Positions 1 to 17,037 of a DNA stretch of 64,000 nt are shown here, in pieces; the stretch's first letter is position 1, and each line of letters starts with the position of its first letter. The notes under the pieces were generated by a model. That model searched no databases and was not told the DNA's origin. It saw only the letters and a program-made list of their open reading frames with translations. The DNA is from Thalia democratica (lineage: Eukaryota): contig OZ241831.1 of the NCBI GenBank assembly GCA_965202585.1, forward strand, positions 44,020,001-44,084,000, in the 5' to 3' direction. The translations under genes and the position numbers were made by a program.

Positions 1-419
1 GTTGACTTTGTTATAAATATCGGATTAATTTATTTTTGAGCTTATTTGAATAACTAATTATTACACTTGTTCGTTGTACTGATGCATTGTGTATAAAATT
101 AAGTATATAATTATTTACCTAATTACAATACAATAAAATGGACTTGGTTTGTTCTATTCAATAAATTTATTAACAGAAAATAGCTATTGAAAACTAAATA
201 AACAAGAAAACTTTAACTTAGCACGACATAGTAAAACAGAATGTTAAACAAAAATGCTGTAAATCAGATAACTTAAGAAAGATAATCCGAAAAATTAGTT
301 GAATTTGAATTAAGGATGCACTTAATCACTTTTTGTTGAAAACCTCCAAAATCAAAATTACAATCACTGTTACAAATATAATCGGAAGAACTAAAACTGC
401 GAAAAACCTTATTAACAGT

Positions 420-1376
420 TTAAACGAATACAGCTAGAACAACGGACAAAGCGAGTCTCAGGTAGAAAGTAAATTCCTTTTCAAAGTTTAATGCGACCAC
501 TTCTTGACCAACAATCTTGTAATTAGTTTTCTTTTTATTGGGTGGTTTTGAAGCTGCAACATCAGAAAAACGTTTACCGATCAGCCTTAGTGGTAAAACT
601 TCACCGGTAACACAGCTAGTGTTTTGATCATCAACTTTAGTCGGACTTCCAGTTCCAACTGCTGGTGGTGTTTCCTGAGAAGAATTTTCGTTCGCACAAG
701 AACTCTTGGAACAGTGACCATTTTCAGATGGCTTAGCATACCGTGACATATTCAAAGAGTCCACCTCAACTACTGTCTTGTTCAACTTTGCATAGGAAAT
801 CGGTTTAGTTTGAAAACTAGCAGAGGATTCTGGACTGCTACTAGTCGATGGCTCAGCATCTTCAGAAGGGATATTATCAGCACTAGAAGTTGTTGATTTA
901 ATTTCCTGATGTTTATCTTTGAAAATTTCAAACCATATACTTTCAATTTGTTTTTCTATCTTGGAAATTTCTAACTTGTTCTTTTCAACAGAACCGTGAG
1001 TAAATTTAATAAAAGTTAATGTAGTCTCACCACGAACATATAAAATTTGAAAATCTATATAACTATCTATTTCTTTTTCCAAAATTAACTTTTTATTTCT
1101 TAATAGTTTGTATTTAATCAATCGTCCAGATCGTACTTGTTTACGAGATTTTTTAGTTTCAGCGTTCTCTAACTCATTACTTTCAATTAGATTGTTTCTG
1201 GCAACAGAAGGCAGGGCACTAGTTTTCGGGTCACTGTTCTCCAATGATTTGTTTTCATCATCGGATGCAGAACCTGGGTTGCTGGTGACATTTTGTATAA
1301 CTGGATCGTTTTCAACAGCCACATTGTTTTCACTTTCAAAACTTTCATCAGATTTCAGTTGGTTTTCACCTGACAT
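420..1376 (-). CDS. Orphan membrane-anchored family, copy 1 (subtype A hairpin); stops right after the TM helix
   Basis: 318-aa ORF homologous to the other eight copies. Acceptor TTTTGCAG lies 26 nt before the ATG, and a minus-strand AATAAA sits at 166-171. A TAT>TAA change ends the protein at ...LAVFV, while the family tail sequence continues beyond the stop. Confidence 0.75.
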   Translation of the reverse strand: MSGENQLKSDESFESENNVAVENDPVIQNVTSNPGSASDDENKSLENSDPKTSALPSVARNNLIESNELENAETKKSRKQVRSGRLIKYKLLRNKKLILEKEIDSYIDFQILYVRGETTLTFIKFTHGSVEKNKLEISKIEKQIESIWFEIFKDKHQEIKSTTSSADNIPSEDAEPSTSSSPESSASFQTKPISYAKLNKTVVEVDSLNMSRYAKPSENGHCSKSSCANENSSQETPPAVGTGSPTKVDDQNTSCVTGEVLPLRLIGKRFSDVAASKPPNKKKTNYKIVGQEVVALNFEKEFTFYLRLALSVVLAVFV

Positions 1377-4300
1377 GACGAATTCAACGGGACTAGAAAG
1401 AGCTGCAAAAATATAATGTTATTAATTTAAAAGTGAAGATTTGAAAATGTTAAGTTAAATTTGACATTAAGAATACTTATTTTATTTAATTTAATTATGA
1501 CACCTTTATTTAAATAAAAACCGATTTATAAATTTTTATAACTATAAGAAAATTAATATTATAACTGTTTATTTTCTCAGCTAGTTATATTGTAAAGAAA
1601 TCTATTTTAGCTAAATTCCTATTAAAACTTATAGTGTTCAAGTTTAAGTATTAAGCTGTAGATATATATAAAAAAAATTATAAAGAAAATTAATTGGAAT
1701 TCAAATAAAATAGAAAATATTAATAAATATTTTCTACTTCTTTTAAGTTTAAATAATTTAGGGTTTCTGTGTTTAACCAGTTAATAAATATTTTATATTA
1801 ATGTAACTGATAATTACATTACACTCTATATAAATTTTATAAAAATCAGGGAAGCTAATAAAGCTACTACAATTATTAATCTCTAACAAGTTTTTTTAAA
1901 CATTTTACAAAACAAAATACAAATGTTATAACTACTGTTTACACAACTAATTACAATATAAAATGTCTAGAAATATCTGTATTAAAAAGTTTACAAATAC
2001 TCAAAGTTTTGTTCAGTTAATAATGTATTCTGGTATGAGTATTAACCTGTAAATCTCTGTATAAAACCTTAAACATTAAAACAATTGCATTGAATAATAA
2101 ACTAATGAAAAAAATAATACCACAGCATCACATTTATAACCTTAGCTTGCTTAGATTTCTTAATGATATGTAGATATTAAGTACTTGTACTCAACTAAGT
2201 AATAGTCCTTAACACTTGTGTAAATTATCTAAAATATAAGATTATAAAAGCCAATTAAACTATTACTAATGTCAAACTTTAACAAGTTGTTTACAAAACG
2301 GACTTTTTCGGCATCATTAGTTTTATAATTTTCGAAGCTAAGTCTGTAATATACCGTTATTTACGATCTAATTCAATATAAAAACATTATAAATAAAATC
2401 TTAATAATTAAAAATAAATATTAGTAAGTATGGCTTCATTTTTTCTGATTTGAGCAAAATTAAAAATAAATGTATATACTTCAAAATAAATTTCACACAT
2501 AACATAAAATGTTTTTTAAGTTTTTTAACATTCGTTGACTAAATTTTTCTTTTGATAAATATGTCAATGTTAATGTAATGTAAACTGGTTATTATTTTTT
2601 ATTACTTTTTGTATCTAAACTAACATAATTAATATTGGATCTAATATTTGTTTTTAAACTTTTTATTTAACCGTGAATAAAACTGCATTTAAAAACTTAG
2701 GTTTAGTACGTTTTAGTAATATTTAATAGTTTTAGTAATATGTTGTTGGTATAAAAGTATATTTATTAATTTATAACATATATAACAAAATTATACAGTT
2801 TTTATAGTCTAACTACTAACTTATTAACTGTGTATATATATATTCTTTATTATTACAGCAAATTCTTGCACGTCTTTTAACATGATATTTTTTTCAGCTT
2901 TTATAGCTTCGATTTTTTCTTTCACTAAAAACTAACCACGTCATTTCAACTGTTCAGCGACTACATCAAAACAATAATATTTTACCATTTAATTTAATTT
3001 ATCATTTAATATACATTACTTTACATTGTTTTATCCTAAAATATACTTTAATTATACTAATGTTTAATCCAGTATACTTTTGTTAGTAAAAATTGTAATT
3101 TTAGTTGTTAAATCAAATTCTTTTAACTTGTGTTTCAAACTTAAATATTTACTTACCAATTGCTAATATTCACTAGCACTATCTAAAAATTAAAAAAATC
3201 ACTTTTTTAGTTTCTTAGTTATTTGATCTAAGGCATAATTTATTTTTTCTTTAAGTTTTAACCAAATGTTAACACAAACACTATTTTCAATTTTAATTGA
3301 AATTATCTGATTAAAACTTGTTAGTACTCGTTTAAACTTATAACTTGTTTTGTTATATAACCAACTTTTAGCTAATAATTAATATCTATTTACACTATTT
3401 TCTACCTGAATCAATTGCTTTTTTTCATTTTACCTATTTTTAATCTTGAGATTATTTAGACAGACACTACTGTTTATGAATTTGCAATTGTATTAATAAG
3501 TGAATTAAAAAGTAATTTAAACATTCTAGAACTAATATTTCATACTTACATTTGTTAAAGCTTTTTTTTTGATAGACATACCATCATTTATAAAAATCTT
3601 TATTAAAAAAAAATTAAATAAAACTGTATTTCTAAAAAAAAAAGTACGTGCTACCCCACTTTAAAAAACAAATAAAATATTAAAAAATAGTCAAAAATTC
3701 GTTTTGAAAACTTTTATTACTTGAAAAGTATTTTCCTAAGTTTTACTTTTAAAAGGTTTCTCATCTCATAAAATATGCTGAGCTAGTAGTAAAAATGCTT
3801 CAACCTGGAGTATTGAACTTAATCTAAATAGGTTTTGTTTTTAAGTAAATTTACACTCAAAGCTTTAACAATTGAAAACAATATTAGTTATTTCTAATAC
3901 AGCTCATTTTTAAATTCATAAAAAAGTGTCTCAGGCAGGTTTTGAACCTTTCAGACTGAACCCAATTTGTAACTAGGTCGTCAGTTAACAGTTAATAGTT
4001 AACTGTCAAAAACACTTGTCCATTACAAATAATGTAAATGTTTTAATATTTTGCATTATGTTATATTTTTTCCACGCAATTGAACTTAAAATGCGTACGC
4101 TTTAGATAATAATAGCAATAAACAAACGCTGTTGGATAACTTTATTTATACACGAATTAAAAAAACATTGTAAAAAACTCAGTAGGTTTATAACACAGTC
4201 TAAATATGTTTGAAACCATTGAAAGTTCATTGTAGATTCATTTAATCGTTTATTGATGTACACCTGAAAAATTACTATCTTCAACCTTTTTGAAAAACTA

Positions 4301-4830
4301 TTTTTATTAGTCAACGAAGTAAGAGTTATTAAAATAAGTTTTTTGATAATTGTGTTCTTAAAAACAATTTAACTAACTTCTAATGAAACTTTGTATCTTA
4401 CACTAAAATAAATAAAACTAAAAAATTATGTTTTAAAATCAAATTTTAATTTATTAACAATAAAAAAGTTATAAAAATGCTTGTTTAATAAAACTAAACA
4501 ATATGTTTAAAACTTTAACTTTTTATTAGAGGTATTAAAAAATAACTAAGTGATTAGCAAACCGAACAAAAAGCTGAGTAGACTTTTATAAAAGCTCTTT
4601 TAAGAAAATTTTAATTCAAAAAAGTATAATATTGTTTTACTAATTACAAAAACGTGAAAACTTTTTTTCATACTTTATTCAAAAAGTAAACTCGATATAA
4701 ATATTTATTAGAATTGTAGTTAGATAAATCCTAAATAGATTTGATTAGTTTTACAATAAACTTAATTGATGTTTTTACAGTCTAGCAATAAACTGAAAAA
4801 CCAACCAAGTAATTACGACGTCACAATGAT

Positions 4831-8197
<3,367 letters not shown>

Positions 8198-11100
8198 TAT
8201 AAGACAAGTTATAAAACCTATCTAAAATAAGTAAATATTTCGAAACGTACTCAATGAAATAAACCAAAAAAAAAAACAGTTTTAGTCTAAAAAAAAATTT
8301 TTTAAATACTAGTTATACTAATGAAACTTTTTTTGAAAGTTTAACAGTTAGTTTTAGACTAAATACTTTTAAATGTATTTTTGAACAACATTGCTACGAA
8401 TCTTACTAAAATATATTCCATATTTTTAGTTCTTTAGATCGCCGAATCGACTACTTGTGTTTTCAAAATTTTTCGATTAGCTTTTATATATAAAAGTTAG
8501 TTTTAAATTATAGTGAATAGGCACAATTTTTTGTTTAGTTAGCTCATCAAATAAACAATTACTAAAATTAAACACATTTGAAAACAATACTTCAAAGAGT
8601 CAGGCCACACCAACGACCAATGAAATGATTTGAAATTGTTTTGACCGAGCTTGCAGCTATTGTTAAACACAGCTTGATGTTTGTTTTAGCTGCATAAAGC
8701 CAATTTCGGTATTAAAACGTGAATAGGCGATCGCTCGATTGTTGTTTAATTGTCTATAAAACTTGTTTATTGACTTTTAAAAATAAGCTTAGCTGTGTTT
8801 TTAATAAATTTAAACTTTTACTTTTATACTCACATAGAAAAATTAAGTTGTTGTTTATTCTAATTTTTCTAGTTTTCTGTATAAAAACTATTAATATGTA
8901 CTCATAACCTTGTACTTGGTATTTTTAATGATTTATGCCTAGTTTGTAAATCTAAAAAAATGTTTTATAAAAAGTAAGTTCTACAACAAACGCAACGATA
9001 GTTTGTATACTTTTTATCTGTAAAAATTTATAAAAAGTAATTTTGGTATGATTGAAAATAACATTAACATTTTTTGAATGTTACCAAACTAAAGCGTAAC
9101 AAAATTACGACTGCTACGCATACTTTCTACATAGTTTTGTTGATGCAATTTTAAGCAAAAAAATCAAAATACTTTTATTATTTAAAGAGAAGGGATGGTA
9201 AACATTTTTTGTCGCTGGGACAGACTTACAGAAAATGTCTAACAAGGACCGGACTCGCAATAAAACATTTTATTGTTTGAGGCGTCTTTTGAATAAATAC
9301 TATAATACTTAACAATAAATTTTAATTGAGTGAATGTTTTAATTAGCATTAGTAAAAATAAACATCAAATAAAAATGTTTTTTATAAAAAACTCTAGTTT
9401 ATTTGTAATGCACAAGTTATTATCAAGCTTAAAAACACTTTGCGGACTAAATGTTGCCCAATCGCAATCTAAAACGGACTAAATTTATAAATCTTAAAGA
9501 AGACTTGATAAAACATTTTTCAATGTGAGATTATAAATATAAGTTTTTTTTTAAGTTTCTTTTTTAATTTTTACAACTTTTAAATTTAAACGACAAGGTT
9601 TTTTTGTTTTATTTTTTACTAGATAATGGTCCGAAGTGTTTACTGATTTTTTTATTCCAGCATAAATTTAATTTAGTTTCAAGCTTTAATAACAGAAACA
9701 AAAGTTTCTTAATTCAAATTATAAAGCTAAATAACTTTAAGAAGAAAATATACAAAAAATCTAATTATAAAACACCTGCAGAAACAAGTGTTTTTCCCCA
9801 AATATAAAATCAAAAACAAAAAAGCTTAAAACTTATTACTTTTAGCGTATCAATTTTTTTCTTATAAGTTAAAAAGCATTTAAGTAAAAACTTGTTTTAA
9901 GCTTGTTAATGTTTATGTTATAAATTAGTTTCAAACTTGAGCTTCTATAAATTAATGACCTAAGATTGAAGTCACAAAACTAATTAAAACAAAAAAAAAC
10001 ACTGATAAGTAATAAGTTACAGTAGTGAAAGTACTTTGAACTAGTTTAAGTATCTAAATAAAAATATGTTTTAAACCAAAACAAGTTTTCTATACTGTTT
10101 TAGCGAATGGAGTTTTAACTTTGAAAAACTTAGTATTTAATAACTTTTTTGTAGTAAAAATAATGTCTTCTTCAAATAAGTGGATAAAAAAAATAACACT
10201 TTTTAATAATTTTCCTTCAAAATTGATCTTGTGCAGTCTTTTTTAATTCTTACAGTACAATTTTTATTTAATCTGAATATTAGGATAGTAGATACAGTAG
10301 GCCATTAAAATTAGTATAGTTTAATTATGATTTCGAATAAATTGTTTTTAATCGATATTGAATTCATAGTAAAAATTTATTATCGGATTAGCAAGTTATA
10401 ACCAAAAAATTATTTACATAGTAGGTACTTAAAATTAATGTTTTTAAAAACTGTTAAAAAAATACTTCACATACTTTTGAAACTAAATCAAAGACCTTTG
10501 CTACAGATATAAAGTAACTATATCAAATTTATTTTCTTAGTCGTCTACTCTAAGTCAACAAGGTCGTAAAAAGTGACTTCTTAGTGATAAAATTTTGAAG
10601 TTTATAATTCTTTTAAAGTTTAATATGTTATTACCGAACACAAACTTATTATAAAATTATACTCAAGTAATCTAGTTAGTCGAAACTTATCTAGTTTAGT
10701 TAATGTATTTTTGTACATAAAACTACCATAGTTTTGTTTCCACTATAATTTAAACCAATTTGAGAAAATTAAGAAAGATATATAAACTTTATACCTGTTT
10801 CTACAAATATATATGTAAAAGCATGTTTTTATAAATTTATATTTAAAATAGCGGAAGTTTGCGATCCTTGTTAATGATATCACTGTAGGAGCGGCAAAAA
10901 AAAGTTAACAAGCAAAAAGCTACTGCTAGTAAAATTAACAATGTTGCAAATACTTTAAGCAAAAACTAATAAATAAGATCATTATGAGTAACACTAAATG
11001 TAAAAAAATGTTTCAAACATCTAAATTTGTAGCAAGTAGTTTTTGTTTGTAAATAGCTGTTTATCGCAATTTTTACGAGAATCTGTTTTATAAATCAAAC

Positions 11101-14100
11101 ATTGTTTTTTAGGTATTGTTGAAGTTTTTAAGATGAAGTTGTGGACAACTAAATAGGCCAAATAGGTCATCATTAGTACTTTGTTTGTCTACATTTTAAG
11201 AACTATACTTACGCTTAATATATATATTATAGTAAACAGTAAAAAATAAGTTTCTATCAAAATGCTTTGATTTGATTCGAACTATTGTTTTAAGTAATAC
11301 AGCTTTAATAAATCGTAAAATGATTAAATTTAAGTTTTTGCTCAGTACGTTTTTATATAACAAAATAGTTCGTTTTTGAAATATGAATAAAACAAATTGT
11401 TTTTTGTTTTAATTTTATGTTAAAATATAATAATTAGAAAAATATAACATATTGTTGTAATATAACAGCTTGACAACGTTTAGTAGATGTTAAGTATAAA
11501 AATTTAATAACGAAACACATCCCAATGAAGTTAACTAATGAAAGAGAGTGTTTTTGTAAAATACGTCGGCTAAAGTTTTCTAAAGATATTTTAAAATGTT
11601 TTATTTTTGTATTGTGCAAAAATGTTCATTTTTGCTTAATTATAAAGTACTAATATTAAGGTTTTTTTTAGTATTTATCAGGGGCGTAGCGTGGGGAGGG
11701 ACACTGGCGCATGCGTGCCACCCAAAAAAAGAAAAATTTAAAAAATAATGTAATATCTTTATTCTTATAGTTTATTTTTTCTGCTTAATTTGCCTTTTTT
11801 CAACTATGTTTATTTAGTATTCAAAAAGTTAAACGAAATTTTGAATACCAATTAGTGACAAGTTAGGAAAGTACATGTTATTACTCAATATACTGATTCG
11901 GTGCGTAATTGCAAATGCGCACCGATGTTGATGAAATACTATTTATATATATATTTCTTAAATTTTTACGAAAAATAACATAATCTGTGAAAGTTTACTA
12001 GGAGAACGACAAAAAAAGTGAAAAAATATTTTTTTCAAATAATAAAATTAATCAAACTACTTATTGAAGAAAACTTTGAAACATTTTAATTATGAAAAAA
12101 TTATTGTTATTTTAAACTGTGTGATTTCTTTTACAAAAAAAAAAATTCATTAAATCAAAAACATATGAAGTTGCGTCAACTGGCATAGTTTCTGTTTTAG
12201 AAGGAATTTTTAAATTAGGTTTAAAGCTGTAGTTTTTATCTGAAAATCACAATAATTTTGTAATAATGAAAACGTTAAGTGGTTTAAGCAAAAGTTTCAT
12301 CTATACATATAACAAGTTTTTAAGAAGTTATTTTAGAATACTTTTAAACCAATGTGTTGATAAACAAGACTGTTTTTGTTGAAAGTTATACTCATGTGTT
12401 AAACAAAAATAGTTTAATTTAGCAACAAAGTTTAAACTTTAAAAGTTTAAAGGTTAAAGTCAAAACAATTAAAAAACTATTATAACTTTATACATACATA
12501 ACTTTTAATTTACAAACCTGGCACATTAAATGTTTATCAAAAGTTTAAAATGTTTTTTAACAAAAACTTTATAAAGCTGTTAAGCTGCAAACTTCAAAAT
12601 AAACTACGTAAAAACATTAATAATCTGATTATATGTATTGTTTTTTTTATTCAAACTTAAGCATAGTGTCAGCTGAAAAGTACAAACTTTTCTTCTCGAA
12701 TATAAAAACACTAAAGTGAATGAAACTAAAAACAAATTTATTAATTGCATTAACTGTTTCGAATAAAAAACTTATTTTAAAAATTTATGTTTACAGTTTT
12801 TCCAATTACTAAAAGTTTAAGATATGTATAAAAAGATATCAATAAAAACAATGATTTTAAACTGTTTTAAAGTTTATAAAATTTTATAATTCAAAGTTTA
12901 ATCGAAAACTCCACTTATCAACTATATTTTATGAAAAAGTAAAACAAGAGGTTTAAAACATTATTAAAGTAGTTTCAGTAATATTTTCTTGAAGTTATTG
13001 CTTTATTTTATCTTAGTTTATATCTAGGCACAAAAAATAGACCTGTCAAAAATATTTGATTAAATGTCTAGTTATCCGTTTGTTTAGATAAAAAAATTTA
13101 ATAAACAAAGATGCGTTTCCATTACTCTAACGTTAAAATGTTTGCCAAAGTAAAGATTCAGTCAACAAGCGTAAATAAAATTAAAAGAATTTTATGTTCT
13201 GTGTAAAAATTACAAAAATAAAACTATATTTAGTTTTACTTTTAGTATGACGTTTTGCTCAAGTCCGAAGAAATGAAATAATACTTACTTCTGTTTCTTT
13301 TTTAATTTTCTTTTAACATGTTGTCTAGTTTATACTTATTTAATTAGTTCGTATTTAACGATATATTTTAGACTTAGCTTAGGAGGTTAAACTATTATTG
13401 ATTCTGAAAAAGTCCGTTTTGTAAGCAACTTATTAGAGTTTCATGTTAATACTAGTTTTATTACCTTTTCTAACTTAATTTATTAAGAATTTCGCATTAA
13501 TATTAAGTAATTATTAACTTGTTTAGTATAAGTATTAAACATCTCTATAGTTTTAAGAAAGCAAACCAAGAAAAGTTAATATATTTTTAGTTATACAATT
13601 ATGGTTTTTCATATTTTTTTTTACTTAAAATAATTTTTGTGTTATGATTTTAGATATAAATTAATAATTATACTCAAATATTTTGTTTAACTGAACAGTT
13701 TTTTAAAATTTCTTAAACCTTTCAACACATATATACTTTAACATTTCATATTGTAAATAGTTGTAAAATAAAGTTTATAACATTAATACTTTCTTTTCTT
13801 GAAAGTTGTTAAAAACTTATAAAGAGTTAAACAATAGTAATAGTTTTATTACCTTGCCTAGTTAAAAAAAATAAAGTTGTTTTGGAATTTAATGTAATTA
13901 ACGATAACATAAATACTAAGTATTTATTAAGTTATTGTATATAGAAATTCAATAATTTAAGCGCTAAATCAACTAGAATGCGTTTATAAACAGATTTTAA
14001 TTAATTATGTTTTAGTTACAATGGATTTTCATGTTCATATATTTATATAGATCTACTGATCACTATTTAAACATGAGTAATTTTTTGTTAATTTAAACTA

Positions 14101-14335
14101 TGTTTAAATTACTGGTAGGTATTTTGAACAAAATGAATTTCTTTACATTATAACTTATTGTGAAAAAAAAAAAAACCGGATTTATCATTTATTTTCTTCT
14201 AGTCATAAAAAGTAAGCTATAGGTCTCTCAATCAAGTTACCTTAAGTTAGAGCTAACTTTTCGTTTTCAAGTCTTCACTTTTTTAAAGTTTTAATTTTAA
14301 TTTTTGCAGCTCTTTGTAGTCCAGTTGAAGTCGTC

Positions 14336-15364
14336 ATGTCAGGTGAAAAGCAACTGAAATCTGATGAAAGTTTTGAAAGTGAAAACAATGTGGTTGTTGA
14401 AAACGATCCAGTTGTACAAAATGTCACAAGCAACCCAGGTTCTGCATCCGATGATGGAAACAAATCATTGGAGAATAGTGATCCGCAAACTAGTGCCCTG
14501 CCTTCTGTTGCCAGAAACAATCCAATTGAAAGTAATGAGTTAGAGAACGCTGAAACTAAAGAATACGGCGAACCAGTACCAGCTGGACGTTCGTTTGAAT
14601 ACACCTCAGCTGTGTCCGAGTTAGAAAAGAAAATGATAATACTGGAAAATCAGATAGAAACATTTGTGGCTACGAAACCTCATGGTGTGATTGATTCAGT
14701 TCGTATTAGAAATAAAGAAATAAAAAATGCCAAACTAGAAGCTGAATTTAAAATTATTCAGTTGAATCTTGCTGAAATAAAACTTGAACTCAAAAAAACT
14801 TCTAGTACTGATGATTTCCCTTCTAAAGATGCTGAGCCATCGACTTATAGCAATTCGGAGTTCCCTGCTGATCTTCATGCTAAACCGGTTGATCTATCAA
14901 CTATATCTGGTATACACCGTCAACGGAAAGCGGTAATTTTCGAAATGGACAAGAAAATAGCGGAGTTGGACACTTTAAATTCGCCACGACCTGTAAAAAA
15001 CATCCCCTCCGAAAATTGTCACAGCTCCAAGAGTTCTTATGCGAACTCTCCTTTCAAAACACCACCTACAGTTGAAAGTCCGACTAAAGTTCATGATCAA
15101 AACACCAGCTGTGTGACCGGTACACTTTTACTACCAAGGCTGATCGGTGGACGTTTTTCTGATGTTGCAGCTTTAAGACAAGTTAATAAAAACGCAAACT
15201 TCAAAAATGAATTTACTTTCTACCTAAGACTCGCTTTGTTCGTTGTTCTAGTTGTATTAGTTTATACTATTAATAAGGTTTTTTGTAACTTTTTACTAAC
15301 GATTGTGTTTTTAATAGTGTTTGAAATATTAATTTTGGAGGTTTTGATTTACAACAAAAAGTGA
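14336..15364 (+). CDS. Orphan family copy 2 (subtype B); a 1-nt frameshift after the TM gives a second hydrophobic tail
   Basis: 342-aa ORF with an acceptor AG ending at 14309. The tail FCNFLLTIVFLIVFEILILEVLIYNKK is the shifted reading of the family tail. Confidence 0.75.
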   Translation: MSGEKQLKSDESFESENNVVVENDPVVQNVTSNPGSASDDGNKSLENSDPQTSALPSVARNNPIESNELENAETKEYGEPVPAGRSFEYTSAVSELEKKMIILENQIETFVATKPHGVIDSVRIRNKEIKNAKLEAEFKIIQLNLAEIKLELKKTSSTDDFPSKDAEPSTYSNSEFPADLHAKPVDLSTISGIHRQRKAVIFEMDKKIAELDTLNSPRPVKNIPSENCHSSKSSYANSPFKTPPTVESPTKVHDQNTSCVTGTLLLPRLIGGRFSDVAALRQVNKNANFKNEFTFYLRLALFVVLVVLVYTINKVFCNFLLTIVFLIVFEILILEVLIYNKK

Positions 15365-16222
15365 TTGAGTGCATCCTGTTGATTTTTCTAGTTGATTTTT
15401 CTTAAGTTATACGATTTACAGCAATTCTGTTAAAAAATGTAATTCTGTTTTACCATGTTATGCTATGTTAAAAGTTATTTTGTTTATTTTGTGTTTAATA
15501 GCTTATTTTTGTTAATAAAAAGAATAGTCTATGCTATTGTATTATATTTGAGTATAAAATAGAATAAATACATTTGCGTTTTGCAATTTTTTAATAAAAG
15601 TTAAAATAGAAAATAATTTAGGCTCACTTAAATATCAGTACATCACTAAATGTAGTATAGTCAAACATAAATAAACTTTCTACGTTAATAAAATTATAAA
15701 TTTATATGTGTATATTTACAAATGGTTAATTGTGAAAAGAACTTGCAGGTTTTTTATGTTTAGTATATTCTTAATATTTTGATTGTATCATCGGATACAT
15801 TTAAATAAACAGCTCTTTAAATTTAACTAATATTAAAAATTTACGATAGTGATTAAACTCCATTAATTAAAAACTAATTTCAGAATACTGAATTAATACC
15901 TTGTTTACTGAATTAAATAAATTGAAAAAAAAAAAAAAAATATATAATAGTAGAAAAATAAACTCCAATGACTGTAACTTTTCTTTTTCTAAGTCAACCT
16001 ACATTGTTAGTGGAGAAGAATGCCAAGTTTTTATTACTAAAAAAATCAGTAAAATCCTTGGATTAAATTCAGAGCTGTATATTTAATGGTATTAACAATT
16101 ATTGAACCGAATTGAAGATTAGTTAAGCTTCAGTGTTCCATATACACAATTTAGAAAGTTAAAAATATGCATTACTTATATATGAGTATAATAATTGTGC
16201 CTGCTATCTAAATTTATCAATA

Positions 16223-16770
16223 CAGTAACCTCTCACATCTTTACGCACTCGTGACGTTACGCACTCGTTTATTTACGCATTTTAAAATTCTGAAAAGTTG
16301 AACTTTTTTTTTAATAATTTTGTACAAATTAGATTTATTCTATAGTTTTAATGTAAAATATACTTTTAAATGCTAAAAAACATCTCATAAAATCATTTAT
16401 AATATTTCTAAAATACAATGTAAAACAAATTTATCCTTATGTGGGCAAAGGTCAAATTAAAAAAAGTTGTAGTAACGTAAACAACTTTTATTAAACATTT
16501 TTCTGATATTTCATATATTTTTGTTTAAAAGAAGAAATCCATTACAGCACCAAATGCATATTTTTGTAAAAGGCTATAGAAAAAAAATATTTTAATAAAG
16601 ACACCACACCATATCTTAATTATAAATTAAACAAGATAGGTAGAATAGCTAAAATATAATTCTAAGTATCAAAAAAGTAATATATAAATAAAGATAGAGT
16701 AAATCAAAGTATTATTAAAATAAGTAAAATTTTTCTAGAAGTATTATTATGTTATATAAATTCAAATCCT
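16223..16770. mobile_element. Foreign sequence interrupting the 3' flank of copy 2; possible Tc1/pogo-like left end
   Basis: Flank homology breaks at TA|CAGTAACCTCTC, followed by two TTACGCACTCGT repeats (16241, 16257). No matching right TIR was found. Confidence 0.3.
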
Positions 16771-17037
16771 TTTACTTTAAAACTCTTAGTTTTAATAGGA
16801 ACTTTACAAAAATAGATATATTTACACTATAAATAGTTGTGAATAAAAGAAGTTACGCTATTAATTTTTTCAAGTTATAAAATTTTATAATTCGACTTTT
16901 ACTAAAATAAAGGTCTCATAATAAAGTTATACGAAATCACTTTTCTTGTAGTCAAAGTTAACTTTTTGTTTTCAAATCTTCACTTTTTTATGTTATAGTA
17001 TTTTTTTACAGCTCTTTCTAGTCCATTCGAAGTCGTC

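Noticed and set aside
3925-3965. tRNA T-arm/B-box-like GGTTCAAAACCTGCC on the minus strand (homologues near 20455 and 47005)
   Set aside because: No A-box, cloverleaf or conserved GTTCRA across the three copies; at most an old SINE trace.
14275-14604. Antisense ORFs over the family N-terminus (also 1108-1416, 16980-17372, 22916-23143, 34210-34458, 40799-41065)
   Set aside because: They are shadows of the conserved sense block; their starts and lengths vary between copies and they have no independent gene signals.
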